From NCBI GenBank assembly GCA_963771275.1, contig CAVYSW010000009.1:128001-192000 (forward strand): a stretch of DNA of 64,000 nt, read 5' to 3'. Of the stretch, positions 31,397 through 39,305 are shown in pieces. The notes beneath the pieces are model-generated. The model was not told where the DNA came from and did no database searches. It saw only the letters and a program-made list of their open reading frames with translations. The first letter of the stretch is position 1. Every line of letters begins with the position of its first letter. The DNA comes from an uncultured Gemmatimonadales bacterium. GTDB lineage: Bacteria > Gemmatimonadota > Gemmatimonadetes > Gemmatimonadales > GWC2-71-9. The position numbers and the translations under genes are program-made.

Positions 31397-32950
31397 GTGC
31401 CGAACGCGTCGGATCGCCTCACGAGCGCGCTGGCCGACCGCTATACGATCGAGCGGGCGATCGGCCGGGGCGGGATGGCCACGGTGTATCTCGCCGAGGA
31501 CCGGCGGTATGGCCGCCAGGTCGCGGTGAAGGTCCTGAAGCCGGACCTGGCCGCCGCGGTCGGCCCCGAGCGGTTTCTTCGCGAGATCCGCATCACGGCG
31601 CAGCTCAACCACCCGCACATTCTGCCGCTGCTGGATTCGGGGGAGGCGGACGGATTCCTCTACTACGTGATGCCGTACGCGACCGGGGGCTCGCTGCGGG
31701 GGCTCCTGGGGCGGGACACGCCCGTCGAGCACCAGGTCATCCTCCAGGTCACCGCGCAGGTCGCCGCGGCGCTCGACCACGCGCACCGCCACGGCATCGT
31801 GCACCGCGACATCAAGCCAGAGAACATCCTGTTCTCCGAGGGGCTTGCCGTCGTCGCGGATTTCGGCATCGCCAAGGCCGTGGCCAGCGTGAGCGACGGC
31901 GGCCTCACCCGGAGCGGCTTCCCGCTCGGGACGCCCGGCTACATGAGTCCGGAGCAAGCCGCCGGGCTCACGTCGCTCGACCCGCGCACCGACGTGTTCG
32001 GCCTGGCGTGCGTCGTCTACGAGATGCTGGTCGGCGAGACGCCCGGCATGTGGCCGAGTGACGAGGCCCTCCGGGTGGGACGGTTCCTCGACGCGTCTCC
32101 CGCGCACCGCGAGCGGCTGGACGCCCTGCCAGGCCGCGTCGAGCAGACGCTGGTCCGCGCCCTGGCCATCCGGCCGGCCGATCGCTTCGCGACCCCCACG
32201 GCGTTCGCCGAGGCGCTGACCGCCGCGTTCGCCCGGGGTCCCGCGCTCCCCGATGCGGAGGTGAGCCGGTTGCTGCGGCGGGCCGCGGAGCTCGAAGTGG
32301 AGCATCCCACCAGAGAGGGCGCGCTGTCGATCGGCGGCGTCGAGCAGGTGGCGGCCGAGGTGGGCATCCCGCCGCTGCTGGTGCGCCAGGCCGCGCGGGA
32401 GCTGGTGCGACCGACCGCCCACGTCCCGGCGGAGCCGGCCACGCGTCGCCGCGGGTTCTTTCCGAGCAGGCTGGTCATCGAGCACATGGTCGCGGGGCGG
32501 ATCCCGGAGTCCGCGTACGAGAGCGTCGTGGAGGAGATCCAGCGCACGTTCGGGGTCGTGGGGATGGGGTCCACGCTCGGCCGCTCGCTCACCTGGACGG
32601 GCATGCCCGGGGGTGGCTCGGGCCGCGACGTGCGCATCGCCATCACGCCCGAGGGCGATGGGACGCGGATCCACATCGAGGAGCATCTCGAGCTGCGCGG
32701 CATCACCAAGGCGGCGCCCGGGCTTGGGGCGGCACTGGCCGGCGCGCTGGGCGCCGTGATCGCCGGTCTCCTGGGCGGGGGCGACGCTGCGGGGATCGGC
32801 ATGCTCGTCGGCATGGCGCTCGGCATTCCCGGAGCGATCCGGTTCATCCTGGTGACGCAGGAGATGCAGCGCCAACCGCAGCTCGAGGAGCTGGCCGAGC
32901 GGCTGGCGGCGCGGGCGGAGCGGGCGTTGCCGCCGGGGCGACAGGAGTAA
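31397..32950 (+). CDS. Ser/Thr protein kinase with C-terminal membrane-associated domain
   Basis: GRGGMATVYLA, VAVKVL, HRDIKPEN, DFG, GTPGYMSPEQ; two C-terminal TM helices. Confidence 0.92.
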   Translation: MPNASDRLTSALADRYTIERAIGRGGMATVYLAEDRRYGRQVAVKVLKPDLAAAVGPERFLREIRITAQLNHPHILPLLDSGEADGFLYYVMPYATGGSLRGLLGRDTPVEHQVILQVTAQVAAALDHAHRHGIVHRDIKPENILFSEGLAVVADFGIAKAVASVSDGGLTRSGFPLGTPGYMSPEQAAGLTSLDPRTDVFGLACVVYEMLVGETPGMWPSDEALRVGRFLDASPAHRERLDALPGRVEQTLVRALAIRPADRFATPTAFAEALTAAFARGPALPDAEVSRLLRRAAELEVEHPTREGALSIGGVEQVAAEVGIPPLLVRQAARELVRPTAHVPAEPATRRRGFFPSRLVIEHMVAGRIPESAYESVVEEIQRTFGVVGMGSTLGRSLTWTGMPGGGSGRDVRIAITPEGDGTRIHIEEHLELRGITKAAPGLGAALAGALGAVIAGLLGGGDAAGIGMLVGMALGIPGAIRFILVTQEMQRQPQLEELAERLAARAERALPPGRQE

Positions 32951-32979
32951 CCGGTCGACCGCGCTGGGGGGTCGTCCAC

Positions 32980-33135
32980 GTGGCTGACGTCCCGGAGCGC
33001 CTGAGCGGAACCCTCGCTGGCCGCCACACGATCGAGCGCGAGCTCGGCCAAGGCGGGATGGCGACGGTCTAGCTCGCCCAGGACGCGAAGCACCACCGCC
33101 AGGTGGCGCTCAAGGTGAGGCGGCCTGGGCTTGCC
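32980..33135 (+). pseudogene. 5' fragment of a Ser/Thr kinase with an internal TAG
   Basis: VADVPERLSGTLAGRHTIERELGQGGMATV*LAQDAKHHRQVALKV; TAG at 33070; homology ends at about 33135. Confidence 0.8.
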
Positions 33136-33153
33136 CCCGTAGGAAGCAGGAGA

Positions 33154-33189
33154 CAGAAAGGCCGGGCGACGACATGTCACCCGGCTTTC
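33154..33189 (-). terminator. Hairpin closing the tRNA-like transcript
   Basis: Minus strand AGAAAG-CCGGGTGAC-atgtc-GTCGCCCGG-c-CTTTCT. Confidence 0.55.
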
Positions 33190-33275
33190 TCTCAGCGTAG
33201 CGAAGCTGGCTACGCAGCGGCACTCCGTGGTGTCAACGTACGCTGTGCCTTCGACACCGTCAACGACGCGGCGGG

Positions 33276-33359
33276 TGCTGGCGGTGGGATTCGAACCCAC
33301 ACGGGCTCGCGCCCGACGGAGTGCCGCTCCGCTGCGTCTGCCAGTTGCGCCACGCCAGC
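33276..33359 (-). tRNA. tRNA-Leu-like RNA with aberrant anticodon loop (GCGGCAC; nominal anticodon GGC)
   Basis: GCTGGCG acceptor stem, D-arm GCGCAACTGGCAGACGC, long variable arm CGGGCGCGAGCCCG, GTGGGTTCGAATCCCAC T-arm, A73; loop lacks U33. Confidence 0.75.
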
Positions 33360-33593
33360 ACCCATACGACAGCGCACCATGGCAACCCGAGGGCAGAAGA
33401 CGTGGGAGATTGGACCCGTTGCCGACCGCACGGACACGGTAGCACGTGCGGTCTGGGGCGCCGGCACCGTTTCCTCGCCCGTGGGATCAGAAGGCCGCGG
33501 GAGGATCGTCAATGCCGCGCGGGCGCGGGAGCAGGAACGGGCGTGCGACGAGTAACCCCGTCCGGCTGTACCGGACTCACAAGGAGGTTCAGC

Positions 33594-33785
33594 ATGTCTG
33601 CGTTTCGCGCTGGCGTGCGCTCGGTCGTCCTCGCGACGATCGTCCCTGCGGCCTGCAGGCCGCAGGGGCCGGCGCCGCTGTCCGAGGCCGACAAGGCGGC
33701 ATGCAGCAGGTGGCCGATCAGGCCGTGGCGACGATGAAATCCCCCGCGCCGGATTGGCCGGCATTCGCGGCGGCTACGGCCGAGG
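33594..33785 (+). pseudogene. Truncated, frameshifted lipoprotein fragment
   Basis: AAGGAGG SD, MSAFRAG...PAAC lipobox, PLSEADKAA then frameshift and truncation at the TA promoter. Confidence 0.4.
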
Positions 33786-33801
33786 GCCAGCGGCATCCGT
33801 G

Positions 33802-33830
33802 TTGACTAGTCTGACTAGATCACCTATCAT
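33802..33830 (+). promoter_or_regulatory. Sigma70 promoter with palindromic operator for the Phd-PIN pair
   Basis: TTGACT-N17-TATCAT, 6 nt before ATG 33837; palindrome CTAGTC-T-GACTAG at 33806-33818. Confidence 0.8.
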
Positions 33831-33836
33831 GGCCGC

Positions 33837-34121
33837 ATGCGTGAGACCCGGGACACCTACTCGCTGTACGAGGCCAAGGCCAAGCTCTCGGCCATCATTC
33901 GCCGCGTCCGGGAGGGGCGACGGGTCCTCGTGACCGTCCACGGCGAGCCGGTCGCCGAGATCCGGCCGGTCGAGCAGCACGCGGGCGACCTCACGGCCCG
34001 GCTGGAACGGCTCCTCGAGAGCCGCATCGTCATCCCCGCCGAGCGCGGGGCCGCGGCGCTCCGGCCGGTGGCGCGGAAGCCCGGTGCGCTCGCGCGGTTC
34101 CTCGCCGACCGCGACGCGTGA
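33837..34121 (+). CDS. Type II TA antitoxin, Phd/YefM family
   Basis: YSLYEAKAKLSAIIRRVREG...VTVHGEPVAEIRP. Confidence 0.9.
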   Translation: MRETRDTYSLYEAKAKLSAIIRRVREGRRVLVTVHGEPVAEIRPVEQHAGDLTARLERLLESRIVIPAERGAAALRPVARKPGALARFLADRDA

Positions 34122-34498
34122 ACATCGCCTACGTGGATACGTCGTGTCTCGTCGCCGTCGCGTTCGGCGAGCGGGGCGCCACGGCCATGGCCCGCCGGCT
34201 CGAGAGGTTCGACGTGCTGGTGGCGTCCGACCTGCTCGAGGCCGAGCTGCGGGGCGCGTTCCTGCGGGAGGGGGTGGAGCAGGAACCCGAGATGCTGGGC
34301 GCGATCTCCTGGATCGTGCCCGACCGGCCGCTGCACGCGGAGATCACGCGGGTGCTGGACACCGGATACATGCGGGGCGCCGACTGCTGGCACCTGGCCG
34401 CCGCGCTGTACCTCGCGGAAGACCCCGCGGCGATCAGTTTCCTGACACTCGACGAGCGTCAGGCTGCCGTGGCGAAGACCCTCGGCTTCCACCCATAG
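34118..34498 (+). CDS. vapC: Type II TA toxin, PIN domain (VapC-like)
   Basis: AYVDTSCLV, EAEL, RGADCWHLAAA, FLTLDERQ; GTGA overlap with the antitoxin. Confidence 0.88.
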   Translation: MNIAYVDTSCLVAVAFGERGATAMARRLERFDVLVASDLLEAELRGAFLREGVEQEPEMLGAISWIVPDRPLHAEITRVLDTGYMRGADCWHLAAALYLAEDPAAISFLTLDERQAAVAKTLGFHP

Positions 34499-34537
34499 GC
34501 GGGAACCGGGCCGGCATCACCTCAGTCCCTTCCCTTC

Positions 34538-35704
34538 TCACTTTTCACGTCTGCTCCACGCCTCCAGCATCTCCCGCTCCTGCGCCGCCGTCAACACGTA
34601 GCGCGGTTGATCCCGCAGCGCCTGCGGCACGGCGTCCGACCCCCGCCAGGCGAGCGTGTCCGCCGCCGTGGCGGCGAGCGGCCGGAACGTGAGCCCCGCG
34701 GCGATCGCGCGCCGGCCGTCGATCTGCATGTGGCCGAGCTCGGTCCCCTCCGCCATGATCCACGGCACCGCGTAGCTGAGGCCGCGCGGCGTGCCGTCGC
34801 TGCCGCGCCGCAGTGGATACGCCCTGAGCCAGGCGTAGTCCTCGATCCACGTCCAGGACAGGGGGACCGGCGTGATCGCCGCGACGCCGTAGACGAACTG
34901 CTCCATCGTCTGCCGCCGTGCGGGGCCCACGGCGTTGAACGTCCCGCCGACGCCGCCCTCGAGCAATCGGATCATCCACTCGGTGAGGTCGCGCACGTCC
35001 ACCTGTTGCGTGGGATCGGTCTTCCGGCCGGGGACCAGGATCTCGCCCCCGCGGGCGATCCGCACCGGCCAGTAGGTCCACCGGTCGCTCGTGTCGCCGG
35101 GACCGACGATGTAGCCGGGCCGCACGATCAGCGCCCCGTCGCCGAACGCGCTGCGCACCTCATTCTCGCTCAGCCCCTTCATGACGCCGTAGCTCGGCGG
35201 GTCCTGCGGCGGCTCGTCCACGAGGCGCACGCGACCGTCCTCGGCGATGTCGGTCGTGTGATACGGCCAGTACACGCCGGTCGAGGACACGTACAGGTAC
35301 CGGCCGACCGACCCCTTGAGCATTCGCGCCGATTCCCGGGTCCACGGGTGCTGGTAGCCCGAGGTCTCGATCACGGCGTCCCAGGTGCGGCCTCGCAGGG
35401 CGGCGAGCCCGTCGGGCGCCGCGCGGTCGCCGATCAGGTGCTCGACGCCGGCGAAGTCCTCCTCGTACAGCGACGGCTCGCGCCGTCCGCGCGTGAAGAT
35501 CGCAAGACGATGCCCCCGCTGCACGGCGGCGTGCACGAGATGCGGCCCGAGGAACCCGGTCCCGCCGAGGATCAGGATGCGGAGCGGCGCTCCGGGCCGA
35601 GACGGCGGCCCGGCTGCGGCGCGGTCCGTGAGCAGCAGGCTGCCGAGCACCGCGCCGGCTCCCGCGCCGGCCAGGTCCTGGACGAAACGACGACGGCTGG
35701 GCAT
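34538..35704 (-). CDS. Tat-exported NAD-dependent epimerase/dehydratase family protein
   Basis: SRRRFV Tat motif; ILILGGTGFLG; YGVMK; RPGYIVGP. Confidence 0.88.
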   Translation of the reverse strand: MPSRRRFVQDLAGAGAGAVLGSLLLTDRAAAGPPSRPGAPLRILILGGTGFLGPHLVHAAVQRGHRLAIFTRGRREPSLYEEDFAGVEHLIGDRAAPDGLAALRGRTWDAVIETSGYQHPWTRESARMLKGSVGRYLYVSSTGVYWPYHTTDIAEDGRVRLVDEPPQDPPSYGVMKGLSENEVRSAFGDGALIVRPGYIVGPGDTSDRWTYWPVRIARGGEILVPGRKTDPTQQVDVRDLTEWMIRLLEGGVGGTFNAVGPARRQTMEQFVYGVAAITPVPLSWTWIEDYAWLRAYPLRRGSDGTPRGLSYAVPWIMAEGTELGHMQIDGRRAIAAGLTFRPLAATAADTLAWRGSDAVPQALRDQPRYVLTAAQEREMLEAWSRREK

Positions 35705-35882
35705 GTGATCTCCTCGTGATGGACAACCGCACGCGGGCCGGCGGTACCAGGCACCGCGCGCCGGATTCTGAGCGTTTCACGCTCGATCGGCAAGTCGGCG
35801 AGCCCGCTCTTGTCCCCGCGTGCACCGCGCCGTATTGATCCCCGACGCCGTGGCCCTGACCTCGCGACCGGAGACCGGCTCG

Positions 35883-37391
35883 ATGGCAAAGGTGGACATC
35901 TTCCGCGACTACTCCCCCACGTTCTGGACCGCCAACGGCATGGAGCTGTTCGAGCGGGCCGCCTACTACGGCATGAACTCGATCCTGGCGGGCTACCTCA
36001 CCCTCGCCGTGGCGGAGGGCGGGCTGGGATTCAGCACGCAGGCCGTGGGTTTCCTGCAGGGCATCGTCTACGCGTTCACCTACATCTTCCCGATCCTCGG
36101 CGGCGCCCTGGCGGACCGCTACGGCTACCGGCGGATGCTGCTGGTCGCCTTCAGCCTGCTCGCGACGGGCTACTTCGCGGCGGGCCACGCGTCCGTCTAT
36201 GCGCTCGTGTTCCTGGCCCTGCTGGTCATGGCGACCGGCTCCGGCCTGTTCAAGCCGATCATCACCGGTACGATCGCCCGCACCACCGACGAGCGCACCT
36301 CCGCGTTCGGCTTCGGCATCTACTACTGGATGATCAACCTCGGCGCCTTCTTGGCCCCGCTCATCGTGAGCGTGCTCAAGGGATTCGACTGGAAGTACGT
36401 GTTCATGGCGTCGTCGGCCTACTGCGCCGCCATGCTGCTCCCCGCGACCTTCGTGTTCCGCGAGCCCGCCCGCCCCCAGAGCACCAAGCAGCTGCGCGAG
36501 GTGCTGGCGGGCGCGGCGGAAGTGCTGGGCGACGCCCGGTTCATGCTGATGGTCGTGGTCTACTCGGTGTTCTGGATCCTCTATTTCCAGACGTTCGGCT
36601 CGGTCCTGTGGTACCTGCGGGACGTGATCGACAAGGAGCCGGTGAGCGCCGCGCTGACGTCGCTGCTCCACGGCATCGGCCTCCCCGTCACGTTCCGCTT
36701 CGACATCGAGCACGTGACGGTGATCAACGCGGGCACGATCGTGCTGCTGCAGGTCATCGTGAGCCGGCTGGTGGCCACCCGGCCGGCGCTGCCCACCATG
36801 GTCACCGGCATGCTGATCGGGGCCGGCGGGTTCGTGCTGCTCGCGCTGTCGCACAACCCGTGGGTGTTCGTGGCGGGCATTGCGGTCTTCTCGATCGGCG
36901 AGATGACGGCGCAACCCAAGTACTACAGCTTCATCGGCCTCGTGGCCCCGCAGGACCGCAAGGCCGTCTACATGGGCTACGCCTTCCTCTACGGCGTGTT
37001 CGGCTCCCTGCTCGGCTCCAACCTCGGTGCGTTCATGTACGCCCGGATGATCGAACCGGTGCTCGGCACCGCCGCCGTGGGTGGCCGGACGACGATCTTC
37101 TGGCTGATCTTCACCGCGCTCGACATCTGTGCGGCCGGTGGGCTCATCGTGTTTTCCCACAGGTTCGGCACGGACACGCCGGCCACCCGCCTGCGCGCGG
37201 CCCACACCATGCGTGTAGTCTACGCGCTCATCACGCTGCTGGGCGCCGGGTTCCTGGTGGTCGGCCTGAGCGACAGCCCGGTGCAGGTCCGGACGGTCGT
37301 GCAGTCGCTGATCTTCATCGCGCTCGGCCTGGGGGGGATCGTCATCAACCAGCGGGCGCTGGGGGCGGCGCGCGGCGCCACGATCGGCTGA
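35883..37391 (+). CDS. MFS transporter, POT/peptide-transporter-like
   Basis: ELFERAAYYG, GGALADRYG, GSGLFKP, YYWMINLGAF, FSIGEM. Confidence 0.88.
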   Translation: MAKVDIFRDYSPTFWTANGMELFERAAYYGMNSILAGYLTLAVAEGGLGFSTQAVGFLQGIVYAFTYIFPILGGALADRYGYRRMLLVAFSLLATGYFAAGHASVYALVFLALLVMATGSGLFKPIITGTIARTTDERTSAFGFGIYYWMINLGAFLAPLIVSVLKGFDWKYVFMASSAYCAAMLLPATFVFREPARPQSTKQLREVLAGAAEVLGDARFMLMVVVYSVFWILYFQTFGSVLWYLRDVIDKEPVSAALTSLLHGIGLPVTFRFDIEHVTVINAGTIVLLQVIVSRLVATRPALPTMVTGMLIGAGGFVLLALSHNPWVFVAGIAVFSIGEMTAQPKYYSFIGLVAPQDRKAVYMGYAFLYGVFGSLLGSNLGAFMYARMIEPVLGTAAVGGRTTIFWLIFTALDICAAGGLIVFSHRFGTDTPATRLRAAHTMRVVYALITLLGAGFLVVGLSDSPVQVRTVVQSLIFIALGLGGIVINQRALGAARGATIG

Positions 37392-37410
37392 TCCCCCGGC
37401 CGCTTTGCCG

Positions 37411-37965
37411 TTATTCCCACGACACCCGATAGCGACAGACCGTGCCGCCCGCCGCCCGGCACTCTTCCTCGATCACCTTGACCCCGCTACAACCGGTCAG
37501 CTCGAGCGCCTTGCGATACCAGCCGATCACGGTGAGGCAATCGGGCTTGCTGAAGGTCTCGGCATCGTGCGTGGTGAGCACGCCTTCCTTGTCGCCGATC
37601 CGCTGGTACTCACGCCGGCCCGTCCGGTAATACGTGGCGTAGATCGCCGGGGCCATGCTCAGAAAGCGCTGCGGGTCTCCCGGCACGAGGAAGCTCTTGT
37701 GCGGCCCGGTGAGGTTCTTCACCGCCGACGCCGCGCCCAGCTGCTCGAAGAAGTCCGGCCGGCCGGCGCCCAGGATCTTGACGATCGCTTCGTCGAGGTG
37801 CTTCCCCACCTCGAATGGGTACCAGCCGACGGGCGTCAACGCCTTGAGCGTCGATTGATCCTCGGGCGGCAGGGTGCCCAGGACCCGCGCCACCACCTCG
37901 GCACCGCCGTGATCCTCGACGAACGCGAGCCGCGCCTTGAGCACCCCACCTTTCACCTCTTGCAT
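37411..37965 (-). CDS. Conserved protein, TIGR02265/HNOB-V4R-like ligand-binding fold
   Basis: EVKGGVL...GWYP...C-terminal EEECRAAGGTVCRYRVSW. Confidence 0.65.
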   Translation of the reverse strand: MQEVKGGVLKARLAFVEDHGGAEVVARVLGTLPPEDQSTLKALTPVGWYPFEVGKHLDEAIVKILGAGRPDFFEQLGAASAVKNLTGPHKSFLVPGDPQRFLSMAPAIYATYYRTGRREYQRIGDKEGVLTTHDAETFSKPDCLTVIGWYRKALELTGCSGVKVIEEECRAAGGTVCRYRVSWE

Positions 37966-37969
37966 CGCC

Positions 37970-38040
37970 CCTCCTCTGCCGCCTCTGCCGCTCCCGCCGC
38001 TCTGCACGCTGCACGCTGCACGCTACACGCTGCACGCTAC
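37970..38040. repeat. CCTCTGCCG-like 9-mers followed by CACGCTG/CACGCTA heptamers
   Basis: Seen directly; same heptamer family as 2941-3059. Confidence 0.75.
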
Positions 38041-39215
38041 TCCCCCGCCCCGGCCGCCTCCCTGAGCAGCGCCCGCGCGATCACGAGCCGCTGGATCTGG
38101 TTCGTCCCCTCGTAGATCTGCGTGATCTTGGCATCGCGCATGTACTTCTCGATCGGGAAGTCCTTGCAGTAGCCGTAGCCGCCGAACAGCTGCACGGCGT
38201 CGGTCGTCACCTTCATCGCCACGTCGGTGGCCATCAGCTTACACATGGCGGAGACCTTGGTGATGTTCTTGGCACCCGAGTCGATCACGCGCGCGGCGTG
38301 ATGCACCAGGGCCCGGGCCGCCTCGATCTGGGTCGCCATGTCGGACAGCATCCACTGGATCCCCTGGAACGAGCTCACCGACTGGCCGAACTGCTTGCGC
38401 TGGTGGGTGTACTGGATCGCCAGGTCGAGGGCGCCCTGCGCGAGCCCGACCGCCTGCGACGCGACCCCCGGGCGGGCCCGGTCGAGCGTCACCATCGCGT
38501 GCTTGAAGCCGTGGCCCTCGTCGCCGCCAAGCAGGTTCGCCTTGGGAACGCGGCAGTTCTCCAGGTGGATCTCGACCACCGGGACGCAGCGGATCCCCAT
38601 CTTGTCCTCGTGCTTGCCCACGCGGTAGCCCGGCGTGCCCGCTTCGACCACGAACGCCGAGATACCGCGGGCGCCCCGGCCCGGCTCCGTCACCGCGAAG
38701 ATCGTGTTGTATGACGCGACCGCGCCGCCCGTGTTCCACTTCTTCTCGCCGTTCAGCACGTACGCGTCGCCGTCCCGCTCGCCGCGCGTGGTCATGGAGC
38801 CGGCATCGGAGCCCGAGTCCTTCTCCGACAGCCCGAACGCGATGAGCTTCTCGCCGGCCGCGATCCCCGGCAGCCAGCGCCGCTTCTGCTCGTCGGTGCC
38901 GCCCACGATGATCGGAAACGAGCCGAGCGCGTTCACGGCGTAGCCCACGCCCATCCCGCCGCAGGCGCGGGAGAACTCCTCGACCACGATGCACAGGTCG
39001 AGCACGCCGCCACCCATGCCGCCGTACTCTCGCGGGACCCAGACGCCGGAGAGGCCGGCGTCCTTGATCGCCTGCTGGACTTCCCACGGATAGGTCTGCT
39101 CGACGTCGTATTTCGCCGCGACCGGCCGCATGACCGTGTCGGCCAGCTCGCGGGCGCGCTGTCGCAGTTCCATCTGCTGGGGCGTGTAGAGCTCTTTGAT
39201 CATCGTTCCGCTCAC
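38037..39215 (-). CDS. Acyl-CoA dehydrogenase
   Basis: AFGLSEKDSGSDAG, LNGEKKW, DKMGIR, RKQFG, QLFGGYGY, RDAKITQIYEGTNQIQR. Confidence 0.95.
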   Translation of the reverse strand: MSGTMIKELYTPQQMELRQRARELADTVMRPVAAKYDVEQTYPWEVQQAIKDAGLSGVWVPREYGGMGGGVLDLCIVVEEFSRACGGMGVGYAVNALGSFPIIVGGTDEQKRRWLPGIAAGEKLIAFGLSEKDSGSDAGSMTTRGERDGDAYVLNGEKKWNTGGAVASYNTIFAVTEPGRGARGISAFVVEAGTPGYRVGKHEDKMGIRCVPVVEIHLENCRVPKANLLGGDEGHGFKHAMVTLDRARPGVASQAVGLAQGALDLAIQYTHQRKQFGQSVSSFQGIQWMLSDMATQIEAARALVHHAARVIDSGAKNITKVSAMCKLMATDVAMKVTTDAVQLFGGYGYCKDFPIEKYMRDAKITQIYEGTNQIQRLVIARALLREAAGAGE

Positions 39216-39305
39216 CTGTTCAGTTGTGCCGGGTCTGGGCGGCTGGCGATCCGCCGGGCAGAAAGGTATGCGGTCCCACCGCTCCGCGCGCCCTCCGCAG
39301 CCGCG

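Noticed and set aside
33070..33072. TAG read-through (pyrrolysine or recoding) in the kinase fragment
   Set aside because: Homology ends about 20 codons later and TAG is used as a normal stop elsewhere; simple pseudogene
33276..33359. Ordinary tRNA-Ala(GGC)
   Set aside because: Long variable arm, Leu-type D-loop, no G3:U70 and no U33
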